Source: Anaerohalosphaeraceae bacterium (GTDB taxonomy: Bacteria > Planctomycetota > Phycisphaerae > Sedimentisphaerales > Anaerohalosphaeraceae). From it: a stretch of 18,520 bases of DNA. Made by a program: the position numbers and the translations under genes. The stretch spans positions 1 to 18,520 of the forward strand of contig JBNRMN010000048.1 in the NCBI GenBank assembly GCA_050309605.1, in the 5' to 3' direction. Shown piece after piece: positions 8,513-17,139 of this stretch (position 1 is its first letter; each line of letters begins with the position of its first letter). Under the pieces are notes generated by a model. It did no database searches. It saw nothing but the letters and a program-made list of their open reading frames with translations, and had not been told where the DNA came from.

Positions 8513-8541
8513 TTGCATTTTGTCGGTCAATCGGGTATGAT
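8513..8541 (+). promoter_or_regulatory. Sigma70-type promoter of hydG (TTGCAT-17-TATGAT)
   Basis: TTGCAT 8513-8518, 17-nt spacer, TATGAT 8536-8541. GGAG ribosome binding site before ATG 8575. Confidence 0.6.
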
Positions 8542-8574
8542 TGGGTGTGACGCGGTGATCCATGGAGAATAAAA

Positions 8575-9972
8575 ATGACAAAAAACACCTCAAACATCAT
8601 TAATGAAGACGCCATCGTGCAGACGCTGGAAAAAGCGGCGCGGCGTGATGCGGCCGCTGTGCGCGACGTCCTGGCCAAGGCCCGCCAGCTTAAGGGGCTG
8701 GACTCGGATGACATCGCCGTGCTGGCGGCGGTCAGCGATCCCGACCTGCTCAAAGCGCTTTTTGATACCGCCCGAATCGTCAAAGAAACGATCTACGGCC
8801 GACGGCTCGTGCTGTTTGCCCCTCTGTATATCTCCAATCTGTGCAGCAACGAATGCCTGTATTGCGCGTTTCGGGCCAGAAATACCGCCGTTCATCGACG
8901 CGCCCTCCGACAGGATGAAATCCGCCGTGAGGTTGACATTCTGATTCGACAGGGACACAAACGAATCCTCCTGGTCGCCGGCGAGGCGTACCCCAAAGAC
9001 GGATTTGAGTACATTCTCCGGGCCATCGAGACCATCTATGACACCCACGTCGGCCCCGGCCAGATCCGCCGGGTCAACGTCAACATCGCGCCGCTGACGC
9101 GGGATGAATTCAAACGTCTCAAGGCCGCCCAAATCGGCACGTATCAACTGTTTCAGGAAACCTACCATCGCCAGACCTATGCCCGTGTGCACGTCGCGGG
9201 AAAAAAATCGGACTACGACTGGCGCGTGACCGCGATGGATCGCGCAATGGAAGCGGGCATTGACGATGTCGGCATCGGCGTCTTATTCGGCCTGTGCGAC
9301 TGGCGGTTTGAACTGCTGGCGTTGATGCAGCATATCGCCCATCTGGAAAAACACTTCGGCGTCGGCCCGCACACCATCAGCGTGCCCCGACTGGAACCGG
9401 CGACGGGATCGGATATGGCGACCCATCCGCCCCAGCCGGTCTCGGATGTGGACTTCCGCAAGATCGTCGCCATTCTGCGCCTGGCCGTGCCGTACACCGG
9501 CATCATTATGTCCACCCGCGAAACGCCGAAGATGCGGCGGGAAACGTTTGCCCTGGGCGTCTCGCAAATCTCCGCCGGTAGCCGCACCAACCCCGGCGGC
9601 TATGCCGAGGGCGAAGACATTCTCGAAGAAGCCCAGTTTTCACTCGGCGACCATCGACCGCTTGATGAAGTCGTCGGCGATATTGCCGCATTGGGTTATA
9701 TCCCGTCATTCTGTACCGGCTGCTATCGACTGGGACGCACCGGGCAGGACTTTATGGATATGGCCAAGCCGGGATTGATCAAGGAACACTGCGATCCGAA
9801 TGCGCTTTCGACTTTTCTGGAGTATCTGCTGGATTACGGATCGGACAAGACCCGTGCCGCCGGTGAAGCACTGATCCAAAAAGCATTGACCGAGATGAAC
9901 GACAACGCCAGAGAACGCAGCACATCCATGCTCGAAAAAGTGCGCCAGGGTCGCCGCGATGTGTTTTGCTGA
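8575..9972 (+). CDS. hydG: [FeFe]-hydrogenase H-cluster radical SAM maturase HydG
   Basis: 465 aa. FAPLYISN-CSNECLYC radical SAM motif, LFQETY, GPHTISVPR, and the C-terminal Cx2Cx22C (FCTGC...EHC) that distinguishes HydG from ThiH. hydF is nearby. Confidence 0.95.
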   Translation: MTKNTSNIINEDAIVQTLEKAARRDAAAVRDVLAKARQLKGLDSDDIAVLAAVSDPDLLKALFDTARIVKETIYGRRLVLFAPLYISNLCSNECLYCAFRARNTAVHRRALRQDEIRREVDILIRQGHKRILLVAGEAYPKDGFEYILRAIETIYDTHVGPGQIRRVNVNIAPLTRDEFKRLKAAQIGTYQLFQETYHRQTYARVHVAGKKSDYDWRVTAMDRAMEAGIDDVGIGVLFGLCDWRFELLALMQHIAHLEKHFGVGPHTISVPRLEPATGSDMATHPPQPVSDVDFRKIVAILRLAVPYTGIIMSTRETPKMRRETFALGVSQISAGSRTNPGGYAEGEDILEEAQFSLGDHRPLDEVVGDIAALGYIPSFCTGCYRLGRTGQDFMDMAKPGLIKEHCDPNALSTFLEYLLDYGSDKTRAAGEALIQKALTEMNDNARERSTSMLEKVRQGRRDVFC

Positions 9973-10105
9973 AATGACACAAGCGCAGCAGCGCAAGCGG
10001 CCCGACAAAACGCCGCGCAGTGGGTGACGCAACCACCCCGCCCCGATGAATCGGGCCTCCCCTCCTTGATTAAGGAGGGAAGCTGAACAAAAGGCGGCTC
10101 GGCTT
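9972..10105. repeat. 134-bp hairpin-rich direct repeat, copy 1
   Basis: Aligns without gaps to 11026-11159 (offset 1054), 13 mismatches by hand count. Contains hairpins CCCGA-TGAA-TCGGG and CCCTCCTT-GATT-AAGGAGGG. Confidence 0.95.
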
Positions 10106-10109
10106 TTGC

Positions 10110-10138
10110 TTGAATTTTCAGGACTCGAAATCTATAGT
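10110..10138 (+). promoter_or_regulatory. Sigma70-type promoter of the Bro-N gene (TTGAAT-17-TATAGT)
   Basis: TTGAAT 10110-10115, 17-nt spacer, TATAGT 10133-10138, immediately after repeat copy 1. Confidence 0.55.
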
Positions 10139-10185
10139 AGAACCGTCGCAACCGAAGATTGAGGACGTGATTTGGAGCAGCCATT

Positions 10186-11031
10186 ATGACAGACAAACTG
10201 GCGGTGTTTCAAGACAAGCAGATTCGCAGGGTTCTGCACCAGGGCGAGTGGTATTTTTCGGTCGTCGATATCATAGCCGCCCTGACGGACAGTGAAAATC
10301 CGCGTGATTACTGGTATCGGATGAAGCGGCGGGAAAAGGAATCCTCCGGGATCGAGTTGTCGACATGTTGTCGACAACTGAAGCTAACATCTTCTGATGG
10401 AAAGAGTTACAAGACAGATGCTGCCAACACAGAAGCCGCTTTTCGGATCATCCAGTCCATCCCCAGCCCCAAGGCCGAGCCGTTTAAGCGGTGGCTGGCC
10501 AAGGTCGGCTATGAACGGGTTCAGGAGATTGAAAACCCGGAACTTGCTTCACAGCGGGCAAAGGCGATTTACAAGGCCAAGGGGTATCCCGATAGCTGGA
10601 TTGAAAAACGCATCCGTTCGATTGCGATTCGGGACGAACTGACCGACGAATGGCAACAGCGAGGGATTCAGGAGGACGCCGAGTTTGCGATTTTGACGGC
10701 GGATATGGCCAAGGCCACATTCGGCCTGACCCCGTCGGAATACAAAAAGCTCAAGGGTCTGAAACGGCAAAATCTGCGCGACCACATGAACGACCTGGAA
10801 CTGATATTCTCCATACTCGGCGAGGCGGCCACGACGGAAATCACCCGCAAGAACGACGCGCAGGGCTTCCCTGAAAACCAGACCGCCGCCGTCGAAGGCG
10901 GCACCATCGCCGGCAACGCCCGCCGACAACTCGAACAAAAAACCGGCAAACCCGTCGTCTCCGGCCAAAACTATCTCGACCTGAACCCCAAAAAACAAAT
11001 CGCCGCGAAAGGCAACAGGAAGCCAAAATGA
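10186..11031 (+). CDS. Bro-N domain DNA-binding protein (phage antirepressor-like) with a DinD-like C-terminal region
   Basis: 281 aa. IRR...EWYFSVVDII...YW...QLKL...DGK...RIIQSIPSPKAEPFKRWLA is a Bro-N-family signature; KLKGLKRQNLRDHM resembles the DinD C-terminus. GGAG upstream. Confidence 0.85.
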   Translation: MTDKLAVFQDKQIRRVLHQGEWYFSVVDIIAALTDSENPRDYWYRMKRREKESSGIELSTCCRQLKLTSSDGKSYKTDAANTEAAFRIIQSIPSPKAEPFKRWLAKVGYERVQEIENPELASQRAKAIYKAKGYPDSWIEKRIRSIAIRDELTDEWQQRGIQEDAEFAILTADMAKATFGLTPSEYKKLKGLKRQNLRDHMNDLELIFSILGEAATTEITRKNDAQGFPENQTAAVEGGTIAGNARRQLEQKTGKPVVSGQNYLDLNPKKQIAAKGNRKPK

Positions 11032-11159
11032 CAAAAGCGCGGCCGCGCAAGCGGCCCGATGGACCGTTACGCAGTGGGTGACGCAACCACCCCGGCCCGA
11101 TGAATCGGGCCACCCCTCCTTGATTAAGGAGGGGAGCTGAACAAAAGGCGGCTCGGCTT
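11026..11159. repeat. 134-bp hairpin-rich direct repeat, copy 2
   Basis: Second copy of 9972-10105. Hairpins are perfect here: GGCCCGA-TGAA-TCGGGCC and CCCCTCCTT-GATT-AAGGAGGGG (11113-11134). It supplies the Bro-N stop codon (TGA 11029-11031). Confidence 0.95.
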
Positions 11160-11193
11160 GTGTTTTACGCGGATTGAATTTGTGATATTAAAA

Positions 11194-11214
11194 GGTGGGC
11201 ACGGCCTACCCTAC
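11194..11214 (-). repeat. GTAG-family REP-like element
   Basis: Minus strand reads GTAG-GGTAGGC-CGT-GCCCACC: a GTAG tetranucleotide followed by an imperfect GC-rich hairpin. Only one copy is seen in the window. Confidence 0.5.
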
Positions 11215-11233
11215 GAACTACGAACTGAGAACT
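11213..11233 (+). repeat. Short heptamer tandem repeat (ACGAACT ACGAACT GAGAACT)
   Basis: Three 7-nt units plus a partial GAAC directly before the hydF ATG. Confidence 0.6.
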
Positions 11234-11238
11234 GAACG

Positions 11239-12492
11239 ATGAAAGAATCGACACCCAAAGGAATGCGGCTGCATATCGGGTTGTTTGGGCGGCGGAATGT
11301 CGGCAAGAGCAGTTTACTGAATGCCGTTGTGCGGCAGCAGGTTTCGATTGTCTCGGCGTTTGCCGGGACGACGACGGATCCGGTCGAAAAGCCGATGGAG
11401 CTGTTGCCCATCGGGCCGGTGCTGTTTATCGATACGGCGGGCATCGACGACGAAGGCGCGCTGGGGCAGTTGCGTATCGGCAAGACGCGTAAGGCCATCG
11501 ACCGCACCGACATCGGCGTGATCGTCACCGACGGCGACTGGGGCGATTTTGAAGATCATCTGTTGGCCGAATTGACATCGCGCAGCGTCCCGGTCATCGC
11601 GGTACTGAACAAGGCCGACCTGCACAGCCCACCGACGGACTTGATCGACCGGCTAACGGCTCAACAGATACGAGTCGTCGTTGTCTCTTCAACGACGGGA
11701 ACGGGGCTGGATGCGTTTCGTGCGGCATTGCTGGCCGCGGCGCCGGCGGAATTCGTTGACAACCCGGTCATTGTCAGCGATCTGGTCGGACCGGGTGAGA
11801 CGGCGGTGCTGGTTATCCCGATTGACAAGGAAGCGCCCAAAGGCCGCATCATCCTGCCGCAGGTGCAGACCCTCCGCGACCTGCTCGACCACAACGCCCT
11901 GAGCCTGGTCGTCAAAGAAAGTGAGCTAAAGACGGCCCTGACCAATCTTAAACAGCCGCCGGCACTGGTGGTCACCGATTCGCAGGCGTTCAGAGAAGTG
12001 GCCGCCGTTGTCCCCCCGAATGTGCCAATGACCGGTTTCTCGGTGTTGTATTCGCGGTTCAAGGGCGATCTGGTCAGCCAGACGCAAGGCGCCTTTGCCG
12101 TGGATACCCTCCGTCCGGGCGATCCCGTACTTATCGCCGAGTCGTGCAGCCATCACCCTATCGAAGACGACATCGGCCGCGTCAAAATCCCCCAATGGCT
12201 CAATCAATATGTCGGCGGCCCGCTGCACTTTACCACAGTGCAGGGGCAAGACTTTCCCGACGATCTAAGCCCTTATAAACTGGTCATTCACTGCGGCGCG
12301 TGCATGTGGAATCGCCGTTTGATGCTCAACCGCATCCTTCAGTGCCGTCGTGCGGGCGTGCCGATCACCAACTACGGCTTGGTCATCGCCTACAGTCTGG
12401 GCATCTTCGAACGTGCCCTGCGGCCGTTTCCGACCGTCCACGCCCTGCTGCGTCAACGCCCCGCCGAGTACCGTCCAACCGCCGCACCCTAA
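11239..12492 (+). CDS. hydF: [FeFe]-hydrogenase H-cluster maturation GTPase HydF
   Basis: 417 aa. P-loop GRRNVGKSS, GTTTDPV, DTAG, NKAD, APKGRIILPQVQ, and FeS ligand motifs ESCSHH and HCGACM. Confidence 0.96.
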   Translation: MKESTPKGMRLHIGLFGRRNVGKSSLLNAVVRQQVSIVSAFAGTTTDPVEKPMELLPIGPVLFIDTAGIDDEGALGQLRIGKTRKAIDRTDIGVIVTDGDWGDFEDHLLAELTSRSVPVIAVLNKADLHSPPTDLIDRLTAQQIRVVVVSSTTGTGLDAFRAALLAAAPAEFVDNPVIVSDLVGPGETAVLVIPIDKEAPKGRIILPQVQTLRDLLDHNALSLVVKESELKTALTNLKQPPALVVTDSQAFREVAAVVPPNVPMTGFSVLYSRFKGDLVSQTQGAFAVDTLRPGDPVLIAESCSHHPIEDDIGRVKIPQWLNQYVGGPLHFTTVQGQDFPDDLSPYKLVIHCGACMWNRRLMLNRILQCRRAGVPITNYGLVIAYSLGIFERALRPFPTVHALLRQRPAEYRPTAAP

Positions 12493-12529
12493 AAAAAACC
12501 GCCCGACAGGTCAACTTCCCGTCGGGCGG
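12491..12529 (-). terminator. Intrinsic terminator between convergent hydF and the secreted-protein gene
   Basis: Stem CCGCCCGAC (12499-12507) / GTCGGGCGG (12521-12529), with A8 at 12491-12498 giving a U-tract on the minus strand. Confidence 0.75.
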
Positions 12530-12568
12530 ATATCCCGTTCAACATCCACTCAATGATGTTTAGACAGC

Positions 12569-13183
12569 TCAATCATTCTGTTGCTGTCGGCCGCGCTGCG
12601 GCGCTTGACGCTGCTGTCCTCTCGGCTGAGCTGTGTCCGGTCGAGGGGGACGACCGGGAATCTCATCTTCGGCTGACACGCCGGGACGCCGGCTGCGATC
12701 TTCAAGCCGTTCCTGCAACCGCTCCTGCAATTCCTGACGCCGACGCTCGGCCTGCTCGATCTGGTCTTTCATTTCTTTGTCCTTCTCGGCGATCAGCGCT
12801 TTGAGCGCTTCGACGGTTTTGGTCGCTTCTTCCGCTTCAGCAATCTTGACAATCGCCTCCAGCTTGGCAATTTCCTCGCGATGCTGTTCCATCCGACGCG
12901 CCATGGCCTGACGCACCATATCCTCCCGACCGCCGGGAATAACAGCAGCACCGCCTCGTTGTTGTGTCTGCTGGTCGTCTTCAGCAGCAGCGGCAGCGCC
13001 GCGTCCACGCTGGCCCGGCGCCGCGATGGGGCCGCGCCCCGGCAATGGTCGCACCGGGCGCTGCGGCCTCTGGACAGCGGTTTCCTCTGATGCGGCCGCC
13101 TCGTCGGAATCAGCCGCAAAGGCTGCCATCGTTACCACAATTAAACACGCACATGTCCACAATAAAATACCCTTGAGTTTCAT
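12569..13183 (-). CDS. Hypothetical exported protein (signal peptide, disordered P/R/G/Q-rich arms, central coiled coil)
   Basis: Start moved to ATG 13183 (MKLKGILLWTCACLIVVTMAAFA-AD, a Sec-type signal) with AGGAGA at 13196-13191. 204 aa. Confidence 0.75.
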   Translation of the reverse strand: MKLKGILLWTCACLIVVTMAAFAADSDEAAASEETAVQRPQRPVRPLPGRGPIAAPGQRGRGAAAAAEDDQQTQQRGGAAVIPGGREDMVRQAMARRMEQHREEIAKLEAIVKIAEAEEATKTVEALKALIAEKDKEMKDQIEQAERRRQELQERLQERLEDRSRRPGVSAEDEIPGRPPRPDTAQPRGQQRQAPQRGRQQQND

Positions 13184-13282
13184 TGGAATGTCTCCTGAAA
13201 TTATCAATAATCACTTATCCGGTTACGTCATACTTCTATAGACGTCATCGGCCTGTTCGACCTTATCAGATAATTAAAAAAA

Positions 13283-13666
13283 TTAAAACTTGCGATACAC
13301 CAACCCCTCAAACAAGGCGATGGTTTGCTCTGTCTGGTCGGTAATCGTGATGGTATAGCTTCCGATGCGTCCGCGCTGATTGTTTTCGACGGCGCGGGCG
13401 CAAAGAATGCCGCTTTCTGTCGATTTAAGGTACGAAATGTTAATATTAATAGCCACCGCCACATAGCCATGTGAATTGGCCGCGGCGGCAAACACCGCAT
13501 CGGCCAGCGTGAAGATCGCCGCGCCGTGGACAATCCCCACGCCATTGAGGTGTTCAGGCCCGATTTCCAGCCGGCCGTGAGCCGTTCCTTCGCCAATCTC
13601 AAGCAATTCAACGCCGCAATGCCGAGCAAACGCATCTTTTTCTGTAAACGCTTTGACCTTGTCCAT
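13283..13666 (-). CDS. PaaI-family hotdog-fold thioesterase
   Basis: 127 aa with HLNGVGIVHGAAIFTLADAVFAAAAN motif. Starts 21 nt downstream of clpC and is probably co-transcribed. Confidence 0.88.
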   Translation of the reverse strand: MDKVKAFTEKDAFARHCGVELLEIGEGTAHGRLEIGPEHLNGVGIVHGAAIFTLADAVFAAAANSHGYVAVAININISYLKSTESGILCARAVENNQRGRIGSYTITITDQTEQTIALFEGLVYRKF

Positions 13667-13687
13667 ACAGAGCCTTGAATCCGGATG

Positions 13688-16255
13688 TTATTTCTCACCA
13701 TCGGGCGCAGGGGTATCGTCCTGGCCGGCGGCCGAATGCACCACGACGGCCTCCCCTTCGGCCTTATCGGACGATTCAATCCCTTCAAACCGCAGATGAT
13801 CGTCATCCTGCACACCAATGCGGATAACCGCCTTGTCCTTGAATTTTCCGCGGAGCAAATCTTCCGACAGCGGATCTTCAATATACCGCTCAATGGCCCG
13901 ACGCAGCGGACGTGCGCCGAATTCGGGGTTATACCCCTTGTCAATCAGAAATTCCTTGGCAGCGCTGTCCAGATCAAGATGCAGGCCATGTTCAATCAGC
14001 CGCTTGAAGACCTTGTTCAATTCATACTCGACAATCGTTTCAAGGTCTTTGCGGGTCAGCGCACGGAAGACAATCGTCGCATCCAGACGGTTCAGAAACT
14101 CCGGACGGAAATGACGCTCCATTTCCTTGTCCAGCAGTTCTTTCATCTTTTCATAATTGGCCTGCTCGGTACGCTTGCCGAAACCGAAACCCGACTGATT
14201 GCGAATCAGATCAGCGCCGATATTACTGGTCATAATCAAGATCACGTTGCGGAAGTCCACATGCCGCCCGAACGAGTCGGTCAGCCGTCCTTCTTCCATA
14301 ATCTGAAGCAGGATGTTATACACATCGCCATGGGCCTTTTCAATCTCATCCAGCAGCAGCACCGCATACGGACGACGGCGAATGCGCTCGGTCAACTGGC
14401 CGCCTTCTTCATACCCCACATATCCGGGAGGTGCACCGACCAGACGGCTGACATTGTGCTTTTCCATATATTCGCTCATGTCAATCTGGATCATCGCGTC
14501 CGGATCGCCGAACATAAACTCCGCCAGCGCCCGCGCCAGCAGGGTCTTGCCCACGCCGCTGGGGCCGATAAAGATAAAGCTGCCCATCGGTCGATTGGGA
14601 TCTTTCAGACCGCTTCGACTGCGGCGGACCGCCTTGGCCACCGCGGTGATCGCCTCATCCTGCGAGACGACGGTTTTATGCAGCTCGGCTTCCAATTCGA
14701 GCAGTTTTTCCGCTTCTTCTTTTTCGAGCCGGGTCAACGGCACACCGGTCATCTTGCTGACCACTTCAGCGACCACCTCTTCGTTGACTTCGCCGATGAT
14801 TTCGTTGTTCTTTTCCTGCCATTGACGCTGCACCTCGGCCTTCTCGTCGAGAATCCGCTGGATGTCGTCGCGCAGCGCGGCGGCCCGCTCATAATCGGCG
14901 CTTCGCACCGCCTCGTCCTTTTCGGCCTGGAGCTTTTCCACCTTGGCCTCATACTCGGCCAGATCCGGCGGCGGCGTCATATTCTTCAGACGCACCCGCG
15001 CTCCGGCCTCGTCAATCACATCAATCGCCTTGTCCGGCAGACACCGACCGGAGATGTACCGCGTCGAAAGCTCCACCGCCGCGTGCAGCGCAATATCAGT
15101 AAAGTGCACGCGGTGATGCTGTTCGTAACGATCGCGCAATCCCTTCAAAATACGGACTGTTTCTTCCTTGCTCGGCGGCTCGACCATAATCGTCTGGAAC
15201 CGCCGTTCGAGAGCCGCATCTTTTTCGATGTATTTGCGATACTCATCGAACGTCGTCGCGCCGATGCACTGCACCTCGCCGCGCGCCAGCGCCGGTTTGA
15301 GCACGTTGGACGCATCAATCGCGCCTTCCGCGCCGCCGGCCCCGACCAGCGTATGCAGCTCATCGACAAACAAAATGACGTTGCCGGCCCGGCGCACCTC
15401 GTTGATGACCGCCTTGATTCGCTCTTCGAACTGGCCGCGATATTTCGTACCGGCCACCATCATCGCCAGATCCAGCACCACCAGCCGACGCTCTTTGAGC
15501 AGCTCCGGTACTTCGTGCGCGACGATTTTCTGGGCCATGCCCTCGACAATCGCCGTCTTACCCACGCCCGCTTCGCCCAGCAGGACGGGGTTGTTCTTGG
15601 TACGTCGGCACAAAATCTGAATCAGCCGTTCGATCTCCGTCGTGCGGCCGATGACCGGATCCAATTCGCTCTTGGCCGCCAGTTCCGTCAAATCGCGGCC
15701 GAAGCTGTCCAGCGCCGGTGTTTTACTCTTGGCGCGGGCCGCGGCTTGCTGAGCGGCCATATTCGGATTCATCTTCATCCCCATCGGCGGCTGGTACGAC
15801 GTGCCGTTGTCTTCCACGCCGGCGCCCAGCAGATTCAGCACTTCCTGGCGCACATCCTCGAGCTTGAGCCCCAGATTCATCAGCACCTGGGCCGCGATGC
15901 CTTCCGTCTCGCGCAACAGACCCAGCAGAATGTGTTCGGTGCCAACGTAATTATGATTCAGTGCCCGCGCCTCTTCAATCGCATATTCAATCACTTTCTT
16001 GGCACGCGGCGTTTGCGGCAGCTTGCCCATCGTCACCATATCCGGGCCGCTCTTGACCAGTTTTTCGATCTCCAGACGCAGTTTCTTGATATCCACATCC
16101 AGATTTTTCAGTACATTGGCGCCGACGCCGCTGCCTTCCTTGACCAGCCCCAGCAAGATGTGCTCAGTCCCGATGTATTCGTGGTTAAACCGCTGAGCCT
16201 CCTGGTTGGCAAGGGCCATCACCTTACGCGCACGGTCTGTAAAACGTTCAAACAT
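13688..16255 (-). CDS. clpC: ATP-dependent Clp protease ATP-binding subunit ClpC
   Basis: 855 aa. [10 protein letters not shown] double Clp-N domain, Walker A motifs GEAGVGKT and GPSGVGKT, short UVR-type middle domain ([18 protein letters not shown]), GFGF ClpP-binding-loop-like segment, GARPLRR. Confidence 0.95.
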   Translation of the reverse strand: MFERFTDRARKVMALANQEAQRFNHEYIGTEHILLGLVKEGSGVGANVLKNLDVDIKKLRLEIEKLVKSGPDMVTMGKLPQTPRAKKVIEYAIEEARALNHNYVGTEHILLGLLRETEGIAAQVLMNLGLKLEDVRQEVLNLLGAGVEDNGTSYQPPMGMKMNPNMAAQQAAARAKSKTPALDSFGRDLTELAAKSELDPVIGRTTEIERLIQILCRRTKNNPVLLGEAGVGKTAIVEGMAQKIVAHEVPELLKERRLVVLDLAMMVAGTKYRGQFEERIKAVINEVRRAGNVILFVDELHTLVGAGGAEGAIDASNVLKPALARGEVQCIGATTFDEYRKYIEKDAALERRFQTIMVEPPSKEETVRILKGLRDRYEQHHRVHFTDIALHAAVELSTRYISGRCLPDKAIDVIDEAGARVRLKNMTPPPDLAEYEAKVEKLQAEKDEAVRSADYERAAALRDDIQRILDEKAEVQRQWQEKNNEIIGEVNEEVVAEVVSKMTGVPLTRLEKEEAEKLLELEAELHKTVVSQDEAITAVAKAVRRSRSGLKDPNRPMGSFIFIGPSGVGKTLLARALAEFMFGDPDAMIQIDMSEYMEKHNVSRLVGAPPGYVGYEEGGQLTERIRRRPYAVLLLDEIEKAHGDVYNILLQIMEEGRLTDSFGRHVDFRNVILIMTSNIGADLIRNQSGFGFGKRTEQANYEKMKELLDKEMERHFRPEFLNRLDATIVFRALTRKDLETIVEYELNKVFKRLIEHGLHLDLDSAAKEFLIDKGYNPEFGARPLRRAIERYIEDPLSEDLLRGKFKDKAVIRIGVQDDDHLRFEGIESSDKAEGEAVVVHSAAGQDDTPAPDGEK

Positions 16256-16299
16256 TATTTCATCTCCACTGTGAGTTACACGTCGATCAATACAAATTC

Positions 16300-16327
16300 A
16301 TTTTAACACATCCCGCCCCGCTGTCAA
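16300..16327 (-). promoter_or_regulatory. Sigma70-type promoter of clpC (TTGACA-16-TAAAAT, extended -10)
   Basis: Minus strand: TTGACA 16327-16322, then TGt-TAAAAT 16305-16300. Confidence 0.7.
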
Positions 16328-16669
16328 ATACGCTCCATTATCTTATTGCAGTACTTATACTATACTCTTATCGGTACTTGACAGTTCATTGTCTTTTGAA
16401 CGGGACGCGGCCTGCGGCGCACACTTCAAATTAAACACCCATTCTATCGACAAAAAGCCGCATCAACTTTCGCTCATTCAGACAAAATAACCTGACTATT
16501 AGAGTAATTTATTGCGCTATTTGTACCCAAAAACACTTTTTTTAAGACAAAAATAAAGACAAGGTTTAAACTCAATAAGGGGCTTGTCCTTCTTCAAGGG
16601 GTTTTCAAATGCGCAGACGCTCCCTCAGGAGCACGATAATGCCGACATGCTGCCCGATGGTAAAGAGGA

Positions 16670-16933
16670 TCAAGGCTTGTATATCAAGGGATATTTTTCT
16701 CCCTGCCCCAAAGACTCCACTTCCAAATCCACATCAAGCGTCGGCCAATGCAAATGAGCATCGTGATATAATTGCACGTTAAGAATGTCTTTTACCTTAG
16801 CCTCGATAAACCACGGATACTCGTCATAAGGCAAGAAATACTCTGTCCCCTGCACATCAATCCATATCCCAAGAGAATTGATGAGCGAGACTTCAACACC
16901 CGAAATGGATTTTCCATGCTTCAAGGATTTCAT
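16670..16933 (-). CDS. DUF2442-family protein (putative antitoxin)
   Basis: Start moved to ATG 16933 (GAGGAT upstream). 87 aa MKSLKHG...GIWI...FLPYDEYPWF...HLHWPTLDVDL, where HWP-x-LDVDL is typical of DUF2442. Adjacent to a DUF4160 gene. Confidence 0.8.
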   Translation of the reverse strand: MKSLKHGKSISGVEVSLINSLGIWIDVQGTEYFLPYDEYPWFIEAKVKDILNVQLYHDAHLHWPTLDVDLEVESLGQGEKYPLIYKP

Positions 16934-17132
16934 CTTAACTATCCTCAACAATTCTTTGTAACTCTGAAATAACTGACTCTGAGAATCCATAATTTCGAGC
17001 CGTTTCGACAGCGGGTTCCAACCAAAACTTCGCTTGTCCGTCCGGCGATGAAACATGGATATGTGGACGTTGTTCTTCCCGCGAAAAAAACAAAAATCGA
17101 TAATTTTTATAAAGAAATACAGTTGGGCTCAT
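16893..17132 (-). pseudogene. DUF4160-family protein (putative toxin) interrupted by an in-frame TAA at 16937-16935
   Basis: MSPTVF...YRFLFFSREEQRPHIHV...AKFWLEP...IVEDS*DEILEAWKIHFGC*. The family-typical W-x-x-HF terminal helix continues in frame after the stop. The intact product would be 79 aa and the truncated one is 65 aa. Confidence 0.75.
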
Positions 17133-17139
17133 AAAAACG

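Noticed and set aside
9974..10027. 17-codon mini-ORF present in both repeat copies (also 11028-11081)
   Set aside because: Most differences between the copies change the amino acid (MTQAQQRKRPDKTPRSG vs MTKARPRKRPDGPLRSG), which argues against selection on a peptide.
9972..11159. Repeats interpreted as a CRISPR array, integron attC sites or IS ends
   Set aside because: There are only two 134-bp copies 1054 bp apart, in direct rather than inverted orientation, with no cas, intI or transposase gene adjacent and no clear RYYYAAC...GTTRRRY attC ends.
13685..16306. 873-aa plus-strand ORF antisense to clpC
   Set aside because: It mirrors clpC over its whole length and has no recognisable motifs. 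Long antisense shadow ORFs are common on GC-rich, codon-biased genes.
16256..16669. CtsR or CIRCE heat-shock operators upstream of clpC, and repeated GACAAAA motifs
   Set aside because: There is no match to the CtsR heptad repeat or to TTAGCACTC-N9-GAGTGCTAA. The GACAAAA occurrences are irregularly spaced in AT-rich DNA.
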